Source: Felis catus (Eukaryota). Taken from it: a stretch of DNA of 64,000 bases. The stretch lies in assembly GCF_018350175.1 (NCBI RefSeq), contig NC_058383.1:27964001-28028000 (forward strand), written 5' to 3'. A model generated the notes under the pieces. That model did not search any database and was not told the DNA's origin. It saw nothing but the letters and a program-made list of their open reading frames with translations. Below, piece after piece: positions 25,906 to 37,652 of this stretch; positions within the stretch are counted from its first letter, which is position 1, and the number at the start of each line of letters is the position of its first letter. The position numbers and the translations under genes were made by a program.

Positions 25906-26819
25906 AAGAGCAAGATCCCCACAAGACAAGCATCTGATTGGCCGTGCGTGGGTCACACTATGACAGAGGCTGGGCGTGCAAGAAAGGATGCTTAGCCTCA
26001 AAAGACGCGCAGGCAGGCAGACGGGCTACCCCTTAAAGGAGAGGACGCAGGGCAGATAAAGACTCCACAGGTCCAGCACAGCAGTGTGGACAACTTCAGA
26101 GGTGGTAATGCCCACTTCCATTTTTTAAGTGCTTACTAAATGACAGGCACTGTGCCAAGGGCTCAAATAAACTCACCCTCCTTATAACCCGTAAAGTAGA
26201 CATTACTATTATCACGACTACTATTTTATAAAGGAGGAACATGAGTTCCTGACTCAGTGAGTCTAGGACAATGCCAGGAAACCTGTATTTCTAACAACCT
26301 TCCAGGTGATGCTGACGCTGCTAAGTCCAGTCACACAATCTGGAAGCCAGGCATTAGCCCTGCAGGCTGGGAAATAGACTAAAACTCAAGTCAGTGACTT
26401 TTCAAGAAGCACTAATGCCCTCCTAAAAAGCAATGTCAGTTATTAGGCAGGTCCTCATTTTCACAATGAGAAATCATTCACCTCAGGTTAGAGAGATGCA
26501 TTTTCCAGAGACACATGCAGCTGGCACTGTTCAGAGAGAGCATATGACGGGAAGTAGACCTGTTTAGAAATGTAGTTAATGGGACTTGTTTGGAATTCAC
26601 AGAATCAAGAGAGACGTTTCCCTCAGCCACACCCCTAGCTGGGAGGGTGACAACTTCCTTAGAAGGAGACTGGGAAGATGTTCACACTAGAGCCCTGACT
26701 TTTATTTGCAATGTGCAGCAATGCTTCTGCTCAAATTAGACCTTGAGCAAACTGTGCACAGCGCAGCTAATCACTGGGTAGAGTTACACTCAACTAGTCC
26801 TGTCTGTCTTGCTAAAAAG

Positions 26820-27065
26820 GTAAAGAACACCACCTGTAGAAGGCAGACTGCCCAGGTTCGAGTCTGGGACCCACCATTCACTGGCTATGGTAATTAGGCA
26901 AGTTGCTGAACCTCGCTGGGTCTCCTATCCTCATCTGTAAATGGAGGAATTATTATGATTTCTAACCTATAGGTCAGTGAAAGGACTCCATGAGATAATT
27001 TGTAAAATTCTGGGTAAAACAGCTGGCATATCATAAGCTCCCAATAAGCCTATTTAACTATTACT
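26820..27065 (+). mobile_element. MIR SINE
   Basis: ggcagactgcccaggttcgagtc...ggcaagttgctgaacctc...cctcatctgtaaatgg. Confidence 0.75.
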
Positions 27066-27144
27066 GCTGGTGGAAGTGCTGGCCATGCTAAAATACTGTG
27101 GTCAATACCTGAACTGGCTGGATCTCTATCAGTAAGTGCAACAT

Positions 27145-27317
27145 GGGGCACCTGGATGGCTCAGTCGGTTGAGTGTCTGACTCTTGATTTCGGCTCAGGT
27201 CATGATCCCAGGTTCGTGGGATCGAGCCCCACGTCAGGCTCCACGCTGAGCACGGAGCCTGCTGAAGATTCTCTCTCTCTCCCTCTGCCCCTCTCCCTAT
27301 TAAAAAAACAACAAACA
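27145..27317 (+). mobile_element. Can-SINE (older SINEC subfamily)
   Basis: ggggcacctggatggctcagtcggttgagtgtctgactcttgatttcggctcaggtcatgatccc. Confidence 0.92.
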
Positions 27318-27535
27318 GGGGCGCCTGGGTGGCGCAGTCGGTTAAGCGTCCAACTTCAGCCAGGTCACGATCTCACAGTCCGTGAGTTCGAGCCCTGCGT
27401 CAGGCTCTGGGCTGATGGCTCAGAGCCTGGAGCCTGTTTCCAATTCTGTGTCTCCCTCTCTCTCTGCCCCTCCCCCGTTCATGCTCTGTCTCTCTCTGTC
27501 CCAAAAATAAAAATAAAAAATGCTGAAAAAAAAAA
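27318..27535 (+). mobile_element. Can-SINE (young SINEC_Fc) inserted in the tail of the preceding SINE
   Basis: ggggcgcctgggtggcgcagtcggttaagcgtcc...ctgatggctcagagcctggagcctgtttcc; TSD aaaaaaacaacaaaca (27302-27317, 27536-27551). Confidence 0.97.
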
Positions 27536-27809
27536 AAAAAAACAACAAACAAAAAAATCCTGCAATCATGACTCTAACATGTGACCCTCCCATGCTTCTC
27601 ATGGAAATGTAAAAGGCTACAATTTTTCTAGAAAGCCCTCTGGCAATATATATCAGGAACCTGACAAATACTCATGGTGACCCAGAAAGTCTGCTACTAG
27701 GAACTTCTTCTAGGAAAACAATCCAGTATGGGGACAAAGATCATGCCCAAGGATGCTACCACATTACTGCAAAGAGTGAAAAATAAAGTGTCCACCAAGA
27801 GGAAAAACA

Positions 27810-28036
27810 TTTTTTTTAATTTTTAAGTTTCTTTATTTTGCGAGAGAGACAGAAACAGAGACCGCACAAGTAGGGGAAGAGCAGAGAAAAAGAAAGGGAG
27901 ATAGAGAAACCCAAGCAGGCTCCACGCTGCCAGTGCAGAGCCCGATGCAGGGCTTGAACTCACCCCACTGCGAGATCATGACCTGAGCCAAAACCAAGAG
28001 TCAGATGCTTAACCAACTGAGGCACTCAGGCGCCCC
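27810..28036 (-). mobile_element. Can-SINE within an old L1ME fragment
   Basis: gagatcatgacctgagcc...cttaaccaactgaggcactcaggcgcccc. Confidence 0.93.
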
Positions 28037-29269
28037 TAAATTATGCTATGTTCATACAATGGAACTTCCTAATATTATTAAAAATAATGTTCACAACTTT
28101 TAATAGGCAAACCAAAGTTATGATGTTATACTTTTGAAAACACACATGTAAAAGTCCATGCAGACTATGAACTCAATGAAGGAAATGTGTGAAAGATGAA
28201 AGGAAGGGAGTAATCACAAGGTTACCTGCTCTGGGTCTTGGGATGCAACCTCTTGTGGTTTTGTCCATTTTTCTAGAACTTTGTCAGCCATCACCTTTAT
28301 AATCATAGAGACTGGGGGAATCCGGTGTGGGAGACTGCAGAAGGCAAGACGCTTCTGCCCAGGTGTGCTGTGGGTGACGGGATCCCCTTTGTAAATGTGG
28401 TAACAGTTAAGAGAGGGGTGTCATGTGGCAGAGAGAGAGAATGGGAGGTAAAGAGGAATGAGGAGCAGAGGCAGACATTGTTCCCACACATTCTGGGGAG
28501 AGGCTAAGACTGATGAGGCAAAAGACAGCAGCAGGAGGGCTGAGGGAGCAAGACCAGAAGATTCTGGGATGACCCCATTGGGGTGGCCACAAAACTGATC
28601 ATTAGCAGAATTAAAGTGACAGACTGCACTGAGTGGGAAAGGAAATGGGGGAGATATCCCATGGAAACACATGGCCTATGTGAGTTTCAAATTGACAAAA
28701 CCTCACCTCAAACTGACTCAATTCATTAACTCCGGGTGAAATCTGTCTTCGGGTGCACTAGTGTATCTGCTCTTAAACGGTGCGATCAGCTTGGTTTCCC
28801 CTCCTGAAGCAATGCTTTCCTGTGGCCGCATCCTCAGGCAGCCTCTCTCCTCCAGGGTTTGAAGCCTGCCAGCAGCTCCCAGTTTCCACTGCACCTGCTT
28901 CACAAACCCCGCACAAAGACAGCATGACTTCCCAGGTGACCTCACAAAAGTCCCTCAACTCACACTCAATGGCCCAACTTAAATGCCTCTTTTTTTGAAC
29001 CAGTCACTACAGCTTGGAGAATGGCATTCTCTGACCTGCCCATCCTGGGTGGGCGACACCCCTTTCCCTTGAGTCACCCACACAGACTGAGAATGAAGAA
29101 GAGGATGTTCCCCAACAGCTAAGTGGGATGCTGGTCTACGAAAAAGGAGCATGAGAATGAACAGGCAAAGTCAACAGGGAATCACTATGCAGAGGCTTTT
29201 TCCCCCAGAAAATAAAGCACTCTACTTACCCCCAGGTGATATGAGCAAGAAGGATTCAACCATGCTCTC

Positions 29270-29478
29270 TAGCTAGGGTCAACATGGGGGGAGTGGGGAG
29301 AGGACTCCCAGGGATGAGCCCAGGGGACACCTGGCAATGACTTGGGGAAGGCATGCTAGCAGCATCTAGAGGGTAGAGGCTAAGGATGCTGCTGAACACC
29401 CTACAAGGCACAGGATGGCCCCTCCGACAAAGAATCATCTAACCCAAAATGCTGCTCAAGAGTACAATAGAGAAACCC
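29270..29478 (+). mobile_element. MER20 MITE
   Basis: caggggacacctggcaatg...gcatctagagggtagaggctaaggatgctgctgaacaccctacaaggcacagga. Confidence 0.85.
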
Positions 29479-30454
29479 CACAGGAGGGTGATCATCAGTT
29501 TGCTGTCCAAACCAGAGCGCCTTTGAAATGGACAAAAGCAAGAAAGCATGCATATCAGGGACATATGACCACCCTGCCCCCAACACACCATCAAATCACA
29601 GGTGAAAGCATCAGCACTGGAGGCTGAGACTCAGGGGCCGCATTGCACCTGCATGTTTGCAGTTACAGGACCACAGAGGCGCATCTCCCATGCAAGGCAT
29701 ACTTTACCCCTTCTGCCCTCTCCCAGTCCTGTTGCTGCTGGCAGTCCCTGACATCTACTTCTACGAGGTCACCAAGGAGCACCAGGGTGCACACACCAGC
29801 CTAGTGGGGTCGCCCGAAGGCCTGCCCACGGACGCAGCTTCAAAACACTTCTTGCTGGCATGGCCTGTGCTGCAGTGAGAGGGGCAGACCGCCTGGACGG
29901 GCAGAAGGAATCCCACCCCCAATTAAACTGCGTGAGTCCTGATGGGAAGGAGGCAGAGGAGCAGGGGAGTGGGGAGCCTTGCAAGCTGCTCCTGCCTTTC
30001 CCTTTTCATCTCAGAAAAGCCAATTTCAAACTTGCCTCGGGTCATAAAAGAAATTAATTTGATTCTCTCTACCTTGCTCAGAGTGGACACATGTCCTCCA
30101 CTGGAGCATCAGCTGCTGGTAGATCCAGGGCAAGGAAACCACCCCCTTGAAACGATTCTGGTTTCAGGACAGGCCAAAATCATTTACCTGAAGCCTGAGA
30201 AGCAGTTGCCCAGAATTCTCTGGGCTATAATTTTTGCTGGCAAGTTCCAAAAATGGTTCTCATAGCTAAGGTGAGACCCAAATCAAAAGTTTACCCTAAG
30301 GGGCAGGCATGGGTAGGACTAGTCCTTGACAAACCCCTGAGCAAAATTCATCTTTGATGTCTGTCAACTCCCTCTTCATATTAATAAGCATGATCATGGT
30401 GAGTTCTGTATGTGCCAGGCATGGTCCCTAAGCCACTTACTTCATGCTAGTGAC

Positions 30455-30965
30455 ACCTGTTTATGGTAGACAATCTCCTCCCCTGAGTGTGGGCGAACCT
30501 GTGACTTGCTCGCAGCCAAGAGGATATGGCAAAGGTGCCAGATGTCCCCAGGTATGTTTCATTATGTATGACTCCATCTTAGCAGACAGACTACAGACAG
30601 AGATTCCCTTGTGGGCTGTGAAGAAGTAAGCCACCATGTTGTGAGAGGACCACGTGGCAAGCAGCCCTGAGGAATGACAGAGGCCCTAGCTCAAAATCTT
30701 TGAGGAAACAAGAACTCAGTCCTGCCACCACAAGAAAATGAACTCTGCTAATAGCCTAAGCGATCTTGGAATCCGATCTTTCCCCAATCTATCCCCTGAT
30801 GACACCACTACCCCAGCTAACACTTGGACTAAAGCCTGAGTAGAGCCTGAGCAGAGGGCACTGCTAATCTGTGCCCAGACTCCCGATCCACCCAAACCGA
30901 GACAATAGTTATGGGGAGGGGGTGCTACCTTAAGTTGCTAAGTTTGTGTTAACTTTTACACAGCA
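30455..30965 (+). mobile_element. MLT1 (E/F-like) LTR
   Basis: ccctgagtgtgggcgaacctgtgacttgc...ccatgttgtgagaggaccacgtggcaag...taagttgctaagtttg. Confidence 0.8.
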
Positions 30966-32329
30966 TTTTTCAGATGAGAAAACCAAGACTCAAAGATGAG
31001 AAAGCTGCAGCGACAACGCAGGTGACAGAGTCCAAGGCCACCTCGCTCCACACTGCCATCACACACTCTCAACACAGAAAAGTGGAAAAAGTCCTCTACA
31101 TCAGGATCGTTAGAGATGCTTAATGTTCTGATCTCAGCCCTGCCTAGTGTTCACTGAACAAATCACTGAACTGCTCTCAGACTAAGTTTTGTCATCTATG
31201 AAACTGGGTACAGAGCACCAAATTCATAGAACTATTATTATCACCATCACCATCACCATCATCATCATAAAATGGCTATGCTCTACCTCCCCAGACCAAC
31301 CTTCCTACTTGGGCTTCAGACTCTGGGTCTCTCTCTCCTCACTCCAATCCTACTCTGAGAAAATGGTATAATCCATGTGACCCGCCTCTGAGTGAATGGT
31401 ATACTCCATTTATGGAGTACCAGCTGTGTCCTAGGCACTGAGCAGGGGCTAAGGAAATTCAGGAGAATCAGACACTCTCCCTAGGCCCAAAGTCTCACAA
31501 TCAAGGGTAGGGGGAAAGAGGAATAAATACATGAGCAAACCCAACTTACACATCAACTGAAGCCTCCCCTGTGGCCAAAGAAGAGAGGGTCGAAGCCCAT
31601 CAGGCATTCTGGCACCACCCAAAGCCCACCCCAGTGTTTGCGTGAAATTGCTTGGAGTTTACACGCTCATTTATTTAGCTCCAGAACTCACCCAGGTGCT
31701 TCACAGTGTCATCAAGAACCCAGAAGCCTCCCAGCCTGCTCTGCCATGATGTGCCACGAGTGATGAGGTCTCCTCTCACTGTCACCAGATGGTGGCTGCG
31801 CCATGAATGCCACATCTGCCACCACTCGTCTAAGGCAGGAAGGAAGGGCTGGTACTTGTTCTCCTTGTGCAAACCTCTTTTTCTCAGGGGGCCCTTTAAA
31901 GCAGTCAGAAAGCTCCCCCCTAGTTCATCGGCCAGGAAAGGATCACATGTCCAACCCACACCAACCACCAGGACAAGAGAACGGCCTTCACAAGTCACTC
32001 TGAGGGCTGAGGACAAGCCCCTCTATCCCCCCAGGTACACGGTCATCTAATATCTGAACAAATGCAGGGTTGTGTGAGCAAGGACCAGGGTGTAATGGCT
32101 TCTGGACTAGTCCAGTTAATGGGTCACCTTGACATCCAACAGATGACCAGCTTCGAGATTTTAAAACATCTCTCTGGCTGCAGGGAGAAGACCAGAATGA
32201 ACAGGACAAGAGTGAGCTGGAGACCAGCTAGGGGGCTAACCCAATAGTTTTAGCAAAGTTGAACAGGGATACAGCAGCAGGCAACCCAGCAACTGTCATG
32301 GAAATCCACTGTCCAGACCTGTTCACTGA

Positions 32330-34080
32330 AAAATAAAATACTGCAAGACACACAAAACACAATGTGTAGCTTACCGGATTTTAAGGCAAGATCTTTGCAA
32401 CCACCTCTCATGAGTCAAGCATTACAAGTTTTCCAGCCCCGCCCCCACCGAAGCCCCCTCTTGCGCTTCATCCTGATCACAGCCCCAGCCCGGTAATGCG
32501 GTCCCAACTCCCACAGGTTTCCCTTCCTCTCATTTCTTTAGAGTTTGATCACCCAGGTGTGTATCCGGAGATACCATCACAGAGTCTGGCCCAATTTTTT
32601 AACCTGATGTGTCTTTTCCTTTTGTGAGTAAACTCGATTTTGGAATAACTCTGGATTCACAGAAGATCTGCAGAGATAAGACAGGGACCGCTCATGTTCT
32701 CCCTCACCTGGTGTCATCTCCCCTGATGTGACCATCTTGCATTACTGTGGCACATTTGTCAAAACGAAGAAGCCAAACGTTACTAGTGACCAAACCCTAG
32801 ACTGCATTTGTATGTCACCAGTGTTTTCATTCATTCGTGTCTTTGCCCCAGGATCCCATTCAGGACACCGCATTCCATTATTTCTTTTACCTTTCCGGCT
32901 GTATTGAGGTACAGGTGACAAATCAAACTGTAAATATTAAGGATGTCCACCATGGTAATTTAATATATGTGGATGCTGTGAAATGACTACCACGATTAAG
33001 TCAACACACTCAACACCCCTCATGGTTACCATCTGTATGTGTGTGATGACAACACTTGAGGTCTACTCTCTTAGCAAATTTCAAGTACACGGTACGGAAT
33101 GACTACCCCCAGTCACCATGCTGCACATCACATCCCCACCACTCCCTCATAACTGGAAGTTTGTGCCCTCTGGACCAACATCTCCCCGTTTCCCCCTCCC
33201 ACCGGAAATCACTGTTTCACTTTCCGTATCTATAAGTTTGACTCTTTTAGATTCCACATACAAGTGAGGTATACAAGTAAGTTTTTTCTTCTTCTTAGAG
33301 TCTACTTTGTTTGGTAAAATTCAAAAACGAAACCAATTCACACCTCCCCCCACCCACCTCTTTCTCTCTGAGGAAGGCAGTTCCTCAGAGACACAGAGGC
33401 TGCGGCTCAGGGATCATCCACGATCTCTCCCGGTGGATTTGCCTTTCTGTCTCTGGCTCATCTCACTGAGCACACTGTCTTCCAGTTTCATCCATGTTGT
33501 TGGAAACAGCAACATATCCTTTTTTTATGACTGAATGCTATTTCTCAGGATGGGTGAGTGTGACATTTTATTTATCCACTCATCCATCAGTGGACACTTG
33601 GGTTATTTCCATGCCTTAGCTATTGTGAATTGACAGTGACCAGAATGGCAAACTCTTTTTTGGATATGACTCAAAACGCACAGGCAACAAAACCCCATCA
33701 CACGCAGTCATCCCATCTCTTTAGGCTCTTCTGGTCTCTGACGGTTTCTCAGTGTGTCCTATTTTTCATGACCTTGGAAGTGTCCAGTAGAACTGGTCAG
33801 GATACTACAGAATGTCCCTCAACTTCGGCTTCTCACCATTAGACTGGAGTTGTGTGTTTTGGGGGAGAGACGCCTTTCTCTTCAGGAGGCATCTTTTCGA
33901 GTTTCTTTTAATCTGTAGGTTTCCCTTCTACCCCTTCCTTCACCTAGCAATTGATCCATGCGAGAGCCCAGGGCATCTCGCTTGTAGTTACCCAGTCTGG
34001 CTTTTGCTGATCAGTCATTTGCAGCAGAGTTCAATACATTCCTCTGTCCTGTGGTGTCAGTGCAAGCTGGCATCAGGATC
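32330..34080 (-). mobile_element. Nested L1 fragments: older L1MB/MC 3'UTR interrupted by an L1MA-type element (32880-33692)
   Basis: ccaggatcccattcaggacacc continues after 33693 as ctctttaggctcttctggtctctgacggtttctcag; the inner element has tctactctcttagcaaatttcaagtaca and catccatcagtggacacttgggttatttcca. Confidence 0.8.
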
Positions 34081-34144
34081 TAGATTCTCAGATGGAGATA
34101 ATCTCATCATGAGGTACAGAGCTCACTCAAGAAAGATGCAGCAG

Positions 34145-34605
34145 GTATCCATTTCCCAGGGGTGACATAACAAAGTACCACAAACTGACTCGGTGGCTAA
34201 TATCAACAGAAGAAGTTCATTCTCTCACAGTTATTGAGGGCGGAGGTGTGAAAACCAGGTGTTGGTGGGTCGGGATCTCTCAGAAGCCTCCAGGGGAGGA
34301 CCCTTCCTTGTCTCCCAGCTTCTGGCAGTCCCTGCACTCCTTGGCTTGTGGCCACATCGCTCCCGTCCCTGCCTTGTCCTCACATGCCAGTCTTCCCTGT
34401 GTCCCTGCCTGTGTCCAAACTCCCTTCTTCTCCTAAGGACACAAGTCATGTTGGATTAAGGATCCACCCTACTCCAGTAAGACATCATCTGCACTTATTA
34501 CATCTACAAAGAACTCCATTTCCAAATAAAGTCACATTCTGAGTACTGGGCACTAGGGCCTCAACATGCCTTTGGGGGGGGGGACACAATTCAACCCATC
34601 ACACA
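34145..34605 (-). mobile_element. MLT1C-like LTR
   Basis: ataacaaagtaccacaaact...ccagcttctggcag...tttccaaataaagtcacattctgag...acacaattcaacccatcaca. Confidence 0.85.
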
Positions 34606-35364
34606 GGGTATCCCACAAAATCCAAAGAAGTACAGCAAGGCTTCGTGGTAGAAACTAGCAGAGGCCAACACAGCCTGCCTCTGTCTTTCTAGGATTGCCC
34701 ACCTGTCCTTCCTGTGTCTCTGTTTATGAGTGTCTCCCCCTACCCCTCCCTTACCCCTTTCCATCGTTACAGATACCCATGGGCCAGACAGGCTTGTGCT
34801 GTCATCAGCCTTACATCCCCTTTACGTTCAAGCACCCACCAGGGATCAGCTCAGGGACTGGAAATTCCTAATTCTTGGGAGAGGGTCCACATGGTCTGGC
34901 TTTGATACCATCTTTCTCCCTTGGTACAATCGGCCACGCCCAGAGCCAAAAGAATCAAAAACACAGAGTTCTGAATTTTCCGGTGCTCTGGGAAGGACAA
35001 GTTTCTAAAGAAGGAGGAAGGGGGTGGAAAGAATTCTCGGCTGAGAACACAGTTGGTGGATGAAATGGTATTCTTGGTAGAGTGTGCAAGAGGCTGCTAT
35101 GTTCTAGAAGAGAAAGAAAACTCTCCTTGGATTCTCAGGACCATGTGAAAAGGATTTGAAAGCAGCTGAATTCTCATAGAAAAGGCAAAATGGAATCAGA
35201 AAAATGCCGTTTCATGACACTTGCTTCAATGCTATATTCCACATCTTGGGGAATATGGTTTACATCCACATATTACTGTCCCCTTCCATGTTCTCCTTCT
35301 CCCTAGACAAAAGTTCTAGTGTGGGAGTCCAGTCTCTCCATTTCTGAAGTGCAGCATCAGGGAC

Positions 35365-35728
35365 ACTATCTTAGGACGCTTGGGCTGCTATAACAATACA
35401 GCACAGACTTGGGGGCTTAAACAACAGGCATTTATTTCTCACATTTAGAAAGGCTGGGAAGTCCAAGACCAAGGTGGTGGTATGGGCGGGTTCTAGTAAG
35501 AGTTCTCTCCTGGCTTGAGGACAGGTGTCTTCTCACTGTGTCCTCACAGAGTGGAGACAGAGAGCATATCTTCCACACCTTTTCTTCTAAGGGCACAAAC
35601 CCCATTCACAAAGGCTCTACCCTCAGAACTAACCACCTCCCAAAGGTCTCAGCTCCCAATACTGTCACACTGTGGCTTGAGCCTCAAGCTTTGAATTGGA
35701 GGGGGACACAAACATTCAGTCCATAGAC
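35365..35728 (-). mobile_element. MLT1A-type LTR
   Basis: tgggctgctataacaatacagcacagact...ggctgggaagtccaagaccaagg...gacacaaacattcagtccata. Confidence 0.85.
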
Positions 35729-36592
35729 AGTGAAGGAATGGAAAGCATGGTAAGCTTCATCCTGGGAAGGGCTGGCAATGAACTGTCTGCATGATGGATG
35801 AAGCCCCAGTGGTCCTCTGGGCTCCTGTATTGTCCCCCCACACCCCACCCCGTCCCCCCGCCACCAGAAGTGAGCCCAGCCCAGCATTTCATAAACAGCG
35901 ATTATCAGGAGCCAAAAGCCGCAGGAAGAGCTGGGGTGAAGGCTCAGGGAATGCTAGAGGTGGCAAGCAACTTTCCCTCAGCTTGCAACAAAGCAAGCAA
36001 CAAAGCACTTTCCCTCAGCTTGCCCTGAATTCATTCCATCATCTCCCCGGCAGGTGGGATGGGTCACCCAAAACACAACTGGTCAAAGACTTCCTGTGTC
36101 AAGGCTGAGAGGGACAGGACAGGAGAAGCAACTGCCCACACACTCTCCACTCCTCTCCATGTGCGACAGACAGAATTAGATATTTAACTATGTGCTGATA
36201 TGTTACTCTGGTGACACTAACCTAATCAGCCCTCACACCAACTTTGTGTTATCCCCATTTTAATGATGAGAACACAGAGGAACAGAAAGTTTGAGTATTA
36301 TGCCTAAGATTACTCAACTGGTAAATGATCTATCTCTCTGACTCCAAATCCCTTGTGTTTCTACACCAGACCAAGCTGCCTCTTGGACAGGACCAGTTAG
36401 AGGAGACAGCAGGAAAATGGCAGATGCTTCCAGCAGATGTCTCAGGAATAGTTTGATGTAATTTTCACTGTGAACATCTCAGATGTAGGAATAAATGCAG
36501 TTGGCTGCATAATGATTTGCAACAATCAGGATTTTTTCTGCTGCAAATGAAACTCAAATCAAACTTGCCTAAACAAAAAACAAAACAAAGAA

Positions 36593-36593
<1 letters not shown>

Positions 36594-36639
<46 letters not shown>
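36594..36639. repeat. (TG)n microsatellite
   Basis: Perfect TG dinucleotide run. Confidence 0.98.
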
Positions 36640-36643
<4 letters not shown>

Positions 36644-37054
36644 TACATGTGTGTATATATAGCTTATTCATTTATACCTAGAGGTAGATTCAGGCATGGC
36701 CAGATCCAGGAGTGGCGATGATGCAAACACAAATCTGTACTTCACCTCTGAGCTCTTCTTCCCTTTGTGATGGGTTTATTCTCAGACAGCTCCTCCCATA
36801 CACCAACCCTCCTTAACAACTATCAGCTTTTATTCAACCAATTTAGCACCTCCAGCAGACAGACCCTTTGGCTTGGGTCACACCAAATGATCTATCCCTG
36901 AATCAATCACTGTGGTTAGGATGCTAGGTAAGGTGATGGTCTAGCACTGGATCACATGCCCACCCCTAAAAACGTGGGTGAGGAAAGGTCCCAAATAAAC
37001 CACATAGCCCAGAAATAAGGGAAAGAGAAGGGTGACATTCAAAATCGTAAACTA

Positions 37055-37267
37055 GGCGTGTGTAGGTGGCTCAGTCGGTTAAGTGCCCAACTCTGGCTCT
37101 GGTCAAGATCTTGCAGTTCATGAGTTTGAGCCCCATGTCAGGCTCTGTACTGACAGGTCCGAGCCTGGAGCCTGCTTCGGATTCTGCATCTCCCTCTCTC
37201 TATTCTCCTCCCCCACTCATATTCCCTCTCTTTCTCTCTCTCAAAAATAAACAAACATTTTAAAAAA
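37055..37267 (+). mobile_element. Can-SINE (SINEC_Fc)
   Basis: ggtggctcagtcggttaagtgcc head, gagcctggagcctgcttcggattctg body, tail. Confidence 0.92.
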
Positions 37268-37463
37268 TCGCATGTCAGAGGGCCCCACTCATCAGAGTGG
37301 ATGCCAGCCATAAATAACCAATGAGGCTGTGTGTGCTGCCTAAGCATCAACCCTGGAGAGCAGGGACTGTCCAAAGTAAATTATTCTTACCGGGAGAGCA
37401 ACAGATGAATGTGGAACAAGTAAAAAGTAGAGACTTCCTCTCTTGAGCTGCTTGGTGGGCCCT

Positions 37464-37652
37464 TTTTGCAGGGGCAAACTTCCACCAGAGAATCTTATCC
37501 TCCGTAAAGTTTTACTTGTCTTCTACCAGTTTTGCAGGGGCAAACTTCCACCAGAGAATCTTATCCTCCGTAAAGTTTTACTTGTCCTCCACCAGTTTTG
37601 CAGGGGCAAACTTGCACCAGAGAATCTTATCCTCTGTAAAGTTTTACTTGTC
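37464..37652. repeat. 66-bp minisatellite, ~2.9 copies
   Basis: Units start at 37464, 37530, 37596 (ttttgcaggggcaaacttccaccagagaatcttatcctccgtaaagttttacttgtc...) with few mismatches. Confidence 0.97.

Noticed and set aside
29715..29878. Coding-looking stretch VLLLLAVPDIYFYEVTKEHQG
   Set aside because: No recognisable homologue and no convincing in-frame donor before the stop
30189..30266. Minus-strand candidate exon (ccttag...CAG/gtaaat)
   Set aside because: Weak acceptor and unrecognised peptide
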